Positions 36,254-49,707 of a DNA stretch of 64,000 nt are shown here, in pieces. Under the pieces are notes generated by a model. The model was not told the DNA's origin. It saw only the letters and a list, made by a program, of their open reading frames with translations, and did not search any database. Origin of the DNA: Tubiluchus corallicola (Eukaryota; Animalia; Priapulida); assembly GCA_030141605.1 (NCBI GenBank), contig JAQGDQ010000090.1:434001-498000 (forward strand), read 5' to 3'. Positions within the stretch are counted from its first letter, which is position 1. Every line of letters begins with the position of its first letter. Made by a program: the position numbers and the translations under genes.

Positions 36254-39200
36254 CTGTAGGAATGAAGCCAGTTAGAAGCGTACTGTACCCGCATTCTTAC
36301 ACTGTCACTATGCGCACATGCAAAAACCGCGTTTCAAAAAGCTTGATTAGGAACAGGCTAAGCTTGAGTTAATTTTGCAACGATTATAAACCAACTTGTT
36401 TGTAGATCTTTTGAATATGCAAGACAAGTAAGTTAATTTTAGCTGATGTTTGGAAGCAAAGTGCTATAGCCTAAACACTTCCATGCCAGTTGTAAAGTAA
36501 TCAAATGAAAGCGCATCAGGCAAATTTAGAAATAACGTGTTTTTGACAGGCTAAATTTTTTGGGCTAATAATATTCATGTATCCTCTTGCTGTCTACAAC
36601 AATTGCTATGGTTGCCTTAAACATCTATTTTTTGTATATACTGGCCTAGTGTTTTTATCACGCTAAAACCTTTAACAAGGAGCTTAGAACAGGAACCTTA
36701 CTGGCCAACTTCTTTTATTTATTTCAAATGATATAATATTTTTATTAGTGTATTTTTATCCTGCAAAAAGATGGGACAAGGTACCTGGACACTGGAACGT
36801 ACTGGTCAAGTTCTTTTTTATTCTAAATCGACATAATTTTATTGTCGTAATAATATATAACCGCAGTAAAAAACTATTTCCCAATAAAAAATAATTACAA
36901 CATTAACATTTGAGCTACCATTTGACCGCTGTGCCCAGAAACCGAAACCACCATCATAATTCATTGCTCAATAGACGTTTCGAAAATACAACTCAAAAGT
37001 CATAGCTATTTAAGTTAAAAAAAAATTCAGTACTAGATCAAGCATGTTAGGTGTGATGTAACTACACATGCACGTATTCGTTTTGATCTTCATGCATCTG
37101 GAGTTTAATTTTAAAAAAATTCCAAAATAAACGTGTTATTTAAAATCTACATCTACGTAATTATCCTTTATAGAATTAAAATAATTATAATTTGTTTGAT
37201 CAAGGATCCTACTTCTTTGGTACAAAGATTAATTAATTCATATCGCCACAATGTAAGAAATATTTTAGTGATGTTGACATATTCTAGTAAGCCTATTAAA
37301 TGTGGGCAATGAGGCAAACATTGGTAAGATTGTTCGTGCTTCACGAACTTGCTAGGGTGTACGAAGAAGAAGAGGAAGAAGAACTAAAATTCACAATTTT
37401 GAACACTTAGGCATTTGGTGTTCTGGTGCTATGTGGACGAATGAATTAAAAACAGCGTTGAGTGAAATAATTTGTAAAAAAATGTTTGATGCGCAGCGCA
37501 ATGTGCCTTATGTGTGAGACTACGCGTATATGTTAGATAACTATAAGGTCTCGGCAGGCTTGCCGTTAATAAGACTGCATATGAAAGATTTACGAAGGAG
37601 GATAAGTGAATTTAAAAATGTGGCAGTGTAATACCGACAGAATACGTGAATTTGACAAAACTACTTGAAAATTAAAGGTCGTCCTCAATATAATGTTTGG
37701 CTGAGAGACTTAAGTTGTCAAAGTGAAATCTATTTTTTGAACGCATGCAGGAAGACTTTCCAAGATGTTTTGGAAAAAAATGCTTTTATACAGAAAATGT
37801 TACGGCAGGGGATGGTCTTTTGTCCTTTGAAGAAAGGGGTTTGAAACATTCAGTTCGAATGGGTTCGATGGCGATGGGCAGCTGTTACTTAGTTAAACAA
37901 GTGCTTTCCTACGTGGTGACCAAGAAAACCGATTAAGATAATTAAGCAGAACAGTCTACTTACGTAGACATACAATTATGTGTGGCGAAAGTTTTGAGTA
38001 ATAGGCTCTATTACAACTTTAGTGAAGTGTTTAAGGATGGGTTTGATATACAGCAGTGGCTCCATCAGAAAATGGTTTCATTGGTTGGTATAACCTAATA
38101 AAAAAAAACTTGTCAAAGAAAAAGGGTTAATGTTACTGGAAAAAAGCTTTTGACAATAGTGAATTGTGTGAACACTGAATCTAAATCTAAACTTCTATTT
38201 GAAATATGGATGAGCGACTCACTGAAAACCCATTTACCGTTAAAATGAAAACTGTTGTCTTCGAAATAAAATGCTAAAAAATGGATTCGAGGAAAACACA
38301 GGTCAAGTAATTGTGTTGAGGACGAAGAAAGTTTAGAGCAAATTCTACAACATGCATTGTCACTTTTATAAGACCTCACATGAAGAGGAGAGACGCCGCA
38401 TTTACTGTGTTATTTGGAGAGGATGTCAAGCAATTCTGAGGCTTTTTAAACTAATAATTGCAAATGAATAGTCATGATCTAATCTATTTTTCCACGTTCA
38501 GTCGTTCAAGCACGTGATTCGTTGGAAGGCAGCACACACAAAAATAGTTTCATCCATTGTTATGTTTAAAGAGCATTCAAAGGTTAATGGAGCCTTGAAA
38601 ATCAAAAAGTTTTGTGCGTTTAGAAACTGGCTTTCTAGAAATGTTTTAATGAGGTTTCTAACTAAATAGACATTTTATGGGCTTTTCACTATATGGATGT
38701 CTTTAAAATAAAATGGATGAATTGCATTTTCTACGGCGAGAGAAAGGCAGGGAGAATAAAACTGGATTGAATTCACACGTTTATGTCACCCCATGCATCT
38801 ACCAGGAGGCGCCACTCATCCTACCTCATGTTATCATATATGCACTGTTGGTTAGACGCACAGATATCCATCTTTTTTTCAGTCGGATTCCCCTTTCACC
38901 TGATACCTGTTGATAAACGCATAACGCACCTGAAATTATTACGAAAGCCTTTTCCTGCTAACTGGTTGTGTGCATGCAGAACTGTTAATGATTAAACACG
39001 ATTAAAGATTTTAGAACTATCTTGGTAGGCCTACATCAAATCTAGAGAGAAATGTCCTAATGTTATAGATTAACAGTTTGAAAAGTTAAAGTACGTAGAA
39101 CCTGTGGGAGAGAGATTAGTGATGGGATTAAGGTGCTGCAGAAATTTATGGTTATATCTGTCAACCTACTCAGCTGATATTGATGAATAATCAAGTTAAG

Positions 39201-40410
39201 CAACAAATTATCCAGAGTTTTGGGGTTTTGGATAGACTATCAATTATTGATACTTAGTTGAGTTCAGTAGTCTTCCCATTCTGTAGAAGTGTAGGGAATT
39301 ATTGGTGATTTGACCTTCTCAACTGTGAGTAAACTAGTACTATGGGAACAGCGGAACGATTTGAATTAAGTTCTTGATCTCAAGAGGCCGTGTAGTTTAA
39401 CTTTTAATACGCCGGCCCATTATTAAACCCATATTTAATACCGACTTTTTCATTTTCTCATTTTTGGTAAAGTTTGGGCTCTCAATTGCTTGTTTAGATA
39501 ATCATCAAAATGTTAGAGCCATTATTAAAGAACAAGGAATACAGTGTTGCATATGTCAGACGATTTCGCAAAAACTTCACTTAATAAATACAGGTTTCTT
39601 GTCTTTGCGGTAAACAAAGAAAAAGTTAGAACGGTAGCGTGATATCTGTCGCATTTTTTAAATAGCTTTGCAGAGCTCGCAGCTGATTATTTTCTATACA
39701 AAAACAATAAGATTATCTGTCATTGCGGCGTGTTTTATAGTCACACACTGACGCCTATAACAGGTAAACCTTTGTTAAATAGTGGCATAGATTTTATTTA
39801 TATTGCAAACAAGCTATGATATTTTATATATACATAGGCACTGCTCAAGCTTTCACTTACACTCACAACATCTAGTCCAATGTTTCTTGATAGCACGTTG
39901 CTGTGTATAAATACTCCATTTTTAATATTATAAACAGCACTTCGTTTGGCCGAGGAATCATGATATACAACTAATTTTGCAGCAAATTTGACTCATTTGC
40001 TGAAAATTCTTTGCGGCTTGCGCCAAATGCCGCTACTAGTGCGAGACGGAAAAGGATCACATTTCTAAGCAAACCCAGAATCCAAGTTATTCGCCATAAA
40101 CAAAACAAAAATTCTCAATAACGCGGAAAAAGCTGTTGCAACGTAAGCTGCACAAGGATTATATCACCTCTTATAAATCAGAACTAGCTGAATTTTTATC
40201 AAAAATGAACCAACGACGTGCTGTATTGAATTAAATTGTCAATAGCAATAACACGGCTGTGTTTTGTGATCACAGAAGCGAGGAATGACTGAAAGAACTA
40301 TGTATATTAACTGCTTCAAAAAAATTAACCAAAACAAATTTAGATGTCCACTACCTTACGAAGCTCGTCGTTTTCAATAAATTTACTTGATCGCACAACA
40401 AAAGATTTAC

Positions 40411-40495
40411 CTCCTATAATACGTCGTTGCGATAGTCATTAACTTTATTAGCAGAACAGGGTCAAACAATAATGTAGAAGCTAATTGAGTTGTAC
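40411..40495 (-). CDS. Candidate further upstream or first coding exon of the eya-like gene
   Basis: CTTCAG acceptor, open frame including ATG at 40439 (MTIATTYYR), donor AG|GTAAAT in phase 2 matching the exon at 36253. Only phase compatibility supports it. Confidence 0.3.
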
Positions 40496-42642
40496 CTGAA
40501 GTTTTAGTGCTCAATTGCTTTGGCCTTTAATCCGTTACCCTCCATCACAAAATTGAGAGGTTCTGTGTGTGTAGCAGTCGAAGTCAGAAGAGTTATTTCT
40601 TCTTCTAAACAAAATTCTTGTTTATGAGTTGTTGCGTGTCACGTGGTGTGTACCATGGATGGAGTAAATGTTTAAATTCAAGGCATGGGGTGTACAAAAA
40701 CTGTACAGTGGCTGTAGTGAATATTACATTCACACCTCTTTGGGTATCTTCAGAAGCTAGAAAGAGCAGGAAATCAAACTTGAGTGGAGTAGTCGGTGAC
40801 CTCAAGGCTCAAATGTCATTTAAATCTTAAAAACTGTAAGAAATTAAGCAGTTAAATTCAGGAATGTATAAAACCGTATGTTATGTACACTGTTAATACG
40901 TTCAGTTGGGGGCAATTTGGGATGCGTGAAACTGTCTTATAAACACAGTTTTCGTTCTTGTAGTCCAAATTGCTTGCAGGTACAAAGCATGAAAATTCAT
41001 CGTACAGTTTCGTAACATTTTGTAGCGACAAAATCTCTCAGGCCAAGGTCTGCACGAACAACCATAATCATGTAGCTCTTCCCCAAATCTCAGTGCCAAC
41101 ACGAAATAAATAAAGTTTTCAGTAGTTTCAAGCACTTTATGGAAGTCTACTGACCCATATCAAAGATTAAACGCTTAAAAAACTGGGACGTACGCATCAT
41201 GTAGCCGAGCAGGAATATTCCCGAGTTAGACAGAATTGGTGAGTGACAGAAAGCAGGCTGCAAAGGTTCCATTTTTGTCATAAGAGCTAGCGGAACGAAC
41301 GGAACCGAATCTATTTTTAAACATTGCTAAGCTTTCTTGGAATTAATCAGCAAAATGCTTGGCCTACATGCTAGTTTTTTGGTCTTCTGCTTTTAAAGCT
41401 GGGAAGTTCGTATTAAGGCATCAAACACAAATTGATACTTGCTTTTGGTACAAGAAGGAGTACTTTGGATAAAATTATTATTAAATACACAGATTTAAAC
41501 GTAAGTGCCTTGTGATGATATGATTTTGCTAAGGAAGATGTGTTGTAAACATTCAGTATTATTAAAATAACATATTTCTTTTTATCTGATCTATTATGAT
41601 AATTAAGTTCATACTCATCTGATAATGCTTTTTATGTACCGCCGACTACCAATGGATTTATTGATTCGAGCAAGACAGCCAGGTACCACTAAGACTTATA
41701 TCAGGAATGATAATAGACTGAGCATCCATAGCTTATTTTTACTATCATGAAAGCATCAACTCAGTTGACACATCGCGTAATCAATTAGATGATATAGGTG
41801 AGTTCGTAAAAATGCGACTATAGTATACAAATTTTTTTTACCCATTTTTGCTTTCAAAAATGGCAAAAAACAAAAGAAAAATTTATTTAGAGAAATATAA
41901 TTTTTGACCAAATTTGGCTCCGATTGGACCCGCATTAAAATAATGACCAAAGCGTCACGTAATGCAACTCCCACTTTCGATTCATATTACTATGATGCTT
42001 TTATACATGCAAAATTAGAATAATGAGAAATCTCATTCGTTAGAAACAATCTTCCCCAAGCTATATTTACAGTCTTTGTTACTACGAATATAGCCGCTGT
42101 TATACACTGACATCCCATTGTTAGGATCATTAGCATCTCATGCATATATTAACATTAACACGAAGGGTTTACATTTTTACTTTTAAATCACGTTTGTTAA
42201 AAATTAGCTAAAAATAAATGATAAAGCTGACGTAACTAATTAAGCTGTTAGTTAACGCACAACATGAGAAGATTACGAAAGTTCTTGGTCTATATAATAA
42301 CCACTGATACTTACGCTTCGTTGTTCATACAGTATGTAAAAATCTGAACACTATAATATACATTTAACACATTGTTTCAATGCATATAGTAAACTCACTA
42401 AACTGGTGCTTTCTTTTCTATAACCAGTCCTTTATACTCCTATCTTCCAATGAACAAAAACACGTGAAACGGAGTTTAGTTAGTCAGGCGTGTGTTCTAA
42501 AATGCGAAGAGAATCCGATCTGAGAAGTTATGGCATCTGGTAAGTATTTGGAAAGCAAGCAAAGCAGGCTGCTGCAATGGGGGCATCTTCCCACACAACT
42601 GGTAGCTCATGAATTCTGTCGAAACTGCGTGTTAATCTAAAG

Positions 42643-42977
42643 CACACCCTACACGGCTTCCCAACTTTTTACACTCGTGTATGGCTTCTTCCACCCGTGG
42701 GCCAAAGAGCTGATGTCGCATTGTTTTTGTGCGCGCAATTTTCTAGGTCTCAAATGCTTATTTTTTTAAAATTTATAGTACAGTTTACTGCTTGCAACTT
42801 TCAGTTTAACAACTATCTCAAAAGTTTAAGCATCTGAAATGAAAATAATTGCCACTTGATTGATAACTACGATTTAATAACCGATTTTGTTTAGCAAGAA
42901 ATGCCAGGATTAGAACTAACTAGCAAACAGCTGACTGACTAACTGATTCACTGACTGACTGACTGACTGACTGACTA

Positions 42978-43008
<31 letters not shown>

Positions 43009-43300
43009 TATTGATTGACTACTGACTGAGTAACTGCTGATCTGAAACACACCCTGTACGGCTTCCCAACGTTTCGCACTCATGTATGGCTTCTTTCACA
43101 TGTCCAAAGATATGATGTCGCACAGTTTTTGTGCACACAGTTTTCAGATGCTAATTTTCTAAATTTCTATTACAGTTTATTTCGTGCAGATTTAAATTTT
43201 GGAACTATATCAAAAGTTTAAGTATCTGAAATGAAAATAATTGCTAGATGATTCGGCTGACTGATAATTACGATTTAATAACTGATTCTGTTTGGCAACA
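42643..43300. repeat. Diverged direct duplication of about 255 bp separated by (CTGA)n
   Basis: About 42643-42900 and 43047-43300 share CACACCCT..ACGGCTTCCCAAC, TGTATGGCTTCTT, GATGTCGCA, CAAAAGTTTAAG.ATCTGAAATGAAAATAATTGC and TACGATTTAATAAC; (CTGA)n at 42932-43030. Confidence 0.85.
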
Positions 43301-44117
43301 GATGGCAGCACCAGAACGAGCCTTGTAAAGTCACTCTCACTGTATCGTAAAAGATGGAGCTTTCTACCGAGGCTCTGTAATCTTCAGAACAGCTGCATTT
43401 TGACATCGGATCGGGGATACAAGCTACGCAACCGAATAGAAAGAGCGTTCCATGTACACGCGCATGTAGTAATGAAATGAAAACTGAAAATTTAAAGGAA
43501 GAAAATTCGACACTGTTCATTTGTTGATCTGCGATCTAGCCACAACTGTAATGTTTTTAAAGTGGTTTTACTGAGTTTTGCAACGTTATAATTTCGTACT
43601 GTCTAGGAAGTTAAAGGGAAGAAAAGATCATTTTTAAGTATGTCCCGAAGAATTTTTCATATGAAGTTACATTACCTTGCATTACGCTTATGTGATTGAA
43701 AGACTTACGGTACAGAAAAATAAACTTCTTTATAAAACATTTATGGTTCGCGCCAGCTGGCAAAATTTCACTATCTCGCAATTCACGTATGACCAAAAAC
43801 GTCATTGGTTCACCAAAAATATGCTATTAATCTTGCCGACAACATAAAGTAATTTATACTTTTTGTAGTGAGTGAATTTTACATATTTTACTGCTAACGC
43901 TAGCTCTGTATGCAATAAGATAACATGTAAAATAACATGCAAGATTTCAAGACGAGTTTTTAACTTTATGTAAGAATGGTGTTTTCATGTACTTTAAACT
44001 AATTTCAAAATCGCTTTATCACAAACGAAAGTTCTAATAGGGTATCAACTAGCAGTATGAGAAATGTGTTTTGTGTTCATAATAGGCCTACTTTGATTAT
44101 ATGTGGTTAAATGAGTA

Positions 44118-44230
44118 AATGAATGAATGAATGAAAGCATGAATGAATGAATGAATGAATGAATGAATGAATGAATGAACGAACGAACGAACGAACGACC
44201 GAATGAATGAATGAAAAATAAACGAACGAA
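44118..44230. repeat. (GAAT)n/(GAAC)n microsatellite
   Basis: Directly visible. Confidence 0.92.
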
Positions 44231-46916
44231 TGAGGTAGCAACGAACAGCAAAAAGGAAACAAGAGAGGAAAAAGAAACTTAATCAATTTTAAACCATTGA
44301 ATATGAGCATCTAAGTGTAGATAGTCATGCAAATGAAATAATGAATTCGGCCAGTAGCCCATTACTATCAATAGTTAATTTATTTAACTCAATAAAACGT
44401 ATTTGTATTTCGACGAAGGACCGTTCAACATTTCTCTTTCTTCATTATGATGTAATATCTCGCTGCGCTTTTCTAATTTACGTTTTCTTCATTTATAACC
44501 GTAATTTACTTCCCAGCTGCCTTGACAGTTTTTATCTTCAGCTCTGCGCAACTTTAGACTTTGCGCAACTTCAGACTTTGCGCAACTTTAGGTTTTCACT
44601 TTCTACTAAAAGAGCTTTAATCCGAAAGACATAGCCTCGACTTATTTGTCTTATCAGCCAGACCGCTCGCACACTGTCAGTTTCTCTTTCTTTATTTTCT
44701 GAAAGATTTCTGCTATTGCCTATTCAGTTAATCGCCTCACGATTTCTCCCCATTCGGGTCATTTAACAAAACTCGCGCTGGCGCTATACTGCACGGGTAT
44801 CTATCTAGCCGTTGAAGATGCACAGTGTTATTTGTGGGAAAGTTAAGGGGACGTTTTGGTCGGTAAAAGCGTGACACGCATCAGAATTTGTGTCGAATCG
44901 TTGTTCTCCGTTCATTAACTCAAGAATGAAGGCTTACAAAAACGTTTTGACTAAAATACAACATACCGCATAGTATTATATTAAAACTAGTTAAGCAGTT
45001 TTCCAGTTGAATAAGCTGCGTCCACGATCTACACTGTAAATCAATAAAGTAAACCACAGTAACTCTAAAATCAACGCCAGTAGTATCGAACTGACGTAAA
45101 GTTTATTGAAACGAAAAAATGCAAACAGGCTTTAAAAACTTTTGGAATTCAATCTGAGAGTTCTCGGTATTTATCCTACTTTGAAGTGATTTTAAATAAA
45201 AACTTATTTTAAATCGTTTTGTTTTAATAGCTACGCCAGTCAAACCTAAAACAGCACAATTCTGTAATATACATTTACAATTTCAACAAAGAAATATAAC
45301 ATGTCAACTGGTACAAGGAGAAACGGGTTTCTTCCTGTAACTACATTTAAATGAAGCCACTCTCGTCACGGCTTCCCGGAAAACAACTCTGCATTCTGAC
45401 AGGAGATGGCGTTGTCACACTGCAGCTTCCCGATATTTTTCCTCATCTTTTGTGCAGTAACCGACATATTGGCGTCTGACAGTCGTATGAAAGTGCAATG
45501 CAAGTTGCTCTGAGATTATCGTGATACCTAAATCATGTAAGCTGTCGAGAAGTGACTTAAACTTAGTGGCAGTGGTTAGATAATTGAGTTGTGCATATAG
45601 CACGAGACAATCTCTCTGTCTGGGTCTAACACTCAAGGAGTAATATAGCAATGGATACCCACCGCATTTCATTATGTCAATAGCAGGAGAAACAAGCTTG
45701 TGCAGGAAGGTAAGTGCTCCGTAGCGTTGGCTTCTTTTTTGAAAAAAAGAGAATGTCATATTCGCTGCATTACTAATCGGCAGTTTCATGAGTTTTTTTC
45801 TTTTGATGTATTTTCATGATCAATGCTTTTAGTACATGCCTAGTCCCCAACATACGGAATATATTGATCCTAGCTACAGTAGCTGCCCTACTGTTCTGCA
45901 CGTATCAGCAGTAGATCATCAAGCGATGCCACGCAGAATAAATGAACAAATTTAAACGTGGGAAACACGCATGATTTGTACAGTTTCTTTTCGGGATTTT
46001 TCCTGCAGGAAAGTTTGCGTCTTCTGTCACATGGGTGCGTATTTCCCATGAGTATGTCAGGCGTGCGGAGGAGGAAACGGAAATGTTACTATAGGTGCTG
46101 TACTTGCATTCAGTATTGCAGTGCATATTTAAATGTCATGGAATTTTATTAGTTTGGAGCAGCTGCGAAGAGAGGCTGTGCATTAATTAGCCGCGATTTG
46201 AACTATGATTTGCTGGAAATGCATGCTCTGAGGAATGGATGAACTTTTCATGGTAAGCTGTAAAACTTTACAGGGTCTTTGTCTCTGTGTCGGAAATTGT
46301 TGTATAGTCTTCATGCGGTAACTTTACTACACTGCAGCATTCCTTCGCAATAAAGTCATACTAGGCATCAATTGTAGCCTAACTTGTTGTGTACACAAGA
46401 AGAAACAATGTGGTGTACAAATATAGGCCTACAGATGTGCTGAGATATGTTGATTAAATCACAAGTCAATTGCCATGTATTGCTTGTAAAATAAACTGCT
46501 GCTGAGTGCAGAATTTCTAATCTATTTCTTAACAAATTTTGTTGCTATGCTGGGTGTGGTAATGTATCTGAGAAGCCTTTTAATAACTAAATAATTATTG
46601 ATGCTCCCAAGGATATTGCAAAGACCAGGAACAAAACTTTAAAACTCACACCACGCCCGAAAATCGTATACATCCAGCCGACAAGTTACAAGGGAGACAT
46701 TTGTTTTCATTTATTTTCATTGTTCTTGGACATAACAAAGCAAAATTTGAAAATTCATACCGTGTGACCAAAGTAGAAGTAGATATAAATGAATCATTAG
46801 TATTTGAGCTAATATTTATTTATTTATTTTATATTTTATTTTATATTTTATACAGCTTATTTATTCTATATTTTATTACTTTATTTTATTTATTATTTAT
46901 TTGTTACTCTAATCAA

Positions 46917-46995
46917 AGAAACAGCGCATTCAGAAAACATATAGAATGCGTTTTCTGAGTACGCATTCTATAAGTTTTCTGAATGCGCTGTTTCT
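46917..46995. repeat. Near-perfect 79-nt hairpin
   Basis: 35-bp arms match at 34/35 around a 9-nt loop. Confidence 0.85.
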
Positions 46996-47468
46996 GTGAA
47001 TGCATAGGCGTTTTACGGAGTGCCAAAACAAACCAGTTAAAGTATCTAAAATAATTTCTTCTACCCATTTTCCTAGCCATTATAATTACATAATGCTAAA
47101 GTTTTATTCCAAAAAAGGTCAAGTATGTTTGTTATGTTTGTGTTTTGTTTTGGATATACTGTTCCTAGGTATTTTATAGAATGTTGAATAAATTTTAGTT
47201 AATGTAATAGTAAAACAAGTGATCAATTGTAAAGCAATTTATCGTTTATAGAACAATAATCAAACAAAACAATCAATGAAATTTTCGTAGGCATTTTTAT
47301 AATTATAATGCCAATTTTGTTCTAGAGATTGTGTGAAACAAGTCATGCTTTGTGCACCCGCAAATTGTTGTGAAAAGATATCTAGCATTTCTAGCAAACG
47401 TTCAGGTTGCGTGATTGTTTCATTCACAGCTTCTGCCTGCTGTACAAGTGTTGTGTTTTTGGATTTGG

Positions 47469-48093
47469 CAGGGCCAGATTAAGGTGTGTTAATGCCCAAA
47501 GCACCCTCTCCACCCAGTGCCCCGGCTCTCTCTCCTTTGCCCAGCGTCACTGCGTGTACGTTTTATGAAATTATGTGATGCAAATTATTCAACATTATAT
47601 ATATATATATAATATATAATGTATATATATATATACATATATATATATAACAAACTCCATTAGTCTATGTACGATTTATGCCACTTAAATTCTTTATTCA
47701 AAATGAAGTCTTATTTAAATAAATCTGCTACAAAAAAGAAGATACGATGCCTGCCAACAGCAAAGCCACCCAAATTGGTGTTAAGCAAGAAGTCAAATGA
47801 CCCAACTGCATGAGCTGTTTCCACTCTAGGATCTTAGTTAATGGCTGTTGCAGATACTGTGGTTACAGTGTTGCCAGCAAATAGGTAAAAACATGGTAAT
47901 AAAAAGTGAAGATCCTACCAGTGATATGAAAAACAACCCAGCTAAAGTGCCTCATTCGGATGGAGCTCTCTACCTCACATTTTGAACTGTGTTTAAAGTA
48001 CTTTTTTAAAATTTTCTCTCTTTCTAATTTATTTTTTGCCAGCTTGGTGCCCTAAGCACGTGCTTGGTCTGTTTATGTGCCAATCCGGCCCTG
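47469..48093. mobile_element. Non-autonomous DNA element, hAT-like termini
   Basis: Left CAGGGCCAGATT, right end reverse complement CAGGGCCGGATT; subterminal GCCC.AAGCAC at both ends; no convincing 8-bp TSD. Confidence 0.5.
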
Positions 48094-49618
48094 GGGATAC
48101 AAACAGCGTGATTCTTAAAGCATGGTCATGTTCTTGGTGTTGTTGTTGATGTTGTCACATTTATCTTTAAAAGCTATCACACAGGGCACAGTTTTCATTG
48201 TACCAAACTGAAATTTTGTAAGAATTTTGTACTATGGATCATTGCGCAGACAATGACAGAGCTTGGTTTTTCACTTTCCCAATGTTCATTTATGAATTAA
48301 ATGGATTTGCCCTATACATTGTTAGACAGTTGTGGCTTCTTTCATACTAACGCATGAATGGATCTGCCCCAAGGATGCATATTCTAATTTTTTATGAAAA
48401 AGGGATTCAGGACAACAGTAAACACAACCATGATTTTATTATAGAAATCATTAAGTGAAAAAACGGACGTGCCAGATCCAAGGACATTAAAGTGCTTCTA
48501 TTCTATTTGTTTGTCATGTACAGGATGTAAAGGCACTTATCTATGCCTTGTTGATACAGAAAAAGCATGATTTTACACTAAATTAGAAAACGGCAGGCAA
48601 ACAAAAGATTGAACAGTGTTTTTCTAAGTGCCGAAAAATAATAGCAAATAATTTTAATTAAAATTATGTAAATAACTTAAACGTCAGGGCAAAAATGCAG
48701 CCGCCTCATGATTGCCTATCGTGTATGATACTCTGGCTGTTCCAACAAAAAAGCAATCATATACATGTATCACCTTTACAAAAAGGAAATGCAGCTAAAA
48801 ATGAACTCCTTACCATACTTTGTGCTACACATATACGTTTTGTGCGATCACATAATTATTCTAAAATCGACTACAATATTATTTACTTATCGCCACTCAG
48901 GTACATTTTTATTTTCTATAAAAGTTTTTTAAGATGCCAATAAAACATTTAACTCACCTGTTTACTTAAACTCGTTACTTAACTTAATACATTGTCTTAG
49001 CTGTTTTATGCATTCTGTACAGTATCTAGGTAATGTACAAAAAATCTAGGGAAAAATTGGATTTAATTGGAATTATATTCATTTTACAATTTACCGAAGC
49101 AATTTTTCACATTCCGTATAATACAGATCCTTGCTATTAAACAAAAAGTCTTTGTAAAGTGTGAAAATAACGTAGCAAAAACATTTGTTTCACGCCTTTC
49201 CCGAAGTATATCTGGGCATTATGTGTATATGAAATGCCCAGAATTTTACAAAATGTTTAAATTTTATACATTGCATATAACATATTCATGATATAAAAAC
49301 ATTTTAATCATGACTGCCTATGCCAGTAAATGGTAATGTATAAAGGTCACCAAAACGTGTTTATGGTGGGCTAGAATTTCTCGTCAAATAAGCTTATTTG
49401 TGTGCCTCCAGTACTTCGGTTGCTTAGCTTTTATCGTTTATAATTTCGCAAACAGTAATTTTGAAAACCGTAGATTGTAGTATTTTTAAAATTCATAAGA
49501 TTTAATTTCGTGGCATCAGTCACTAAATGTAGTAAATAACAAATACCAATTTAAAGGACAAGAAACTCTCTTCATAAATGAACCTTAAAAAATTCGTGTT
49601 GAAAGTTTGTTACCTGTT

Positions 49619-49707
49619 GTCTTATTGCTTACACAACTTGTGTTAGCAGTAAAGCTTGTAAATGTCTTATTGCTTACACAACTTGTGTTAGCAGTATAGC
49701 TTGTAAA
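49619..49707. repeat. Tandem duplication of about 45 bp
   Basis: GTCTTATTGCTTACACAACTTGTGTTAGCAGTA(A/T)AGCTTGTAAA twice. Confidence 0.92.
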
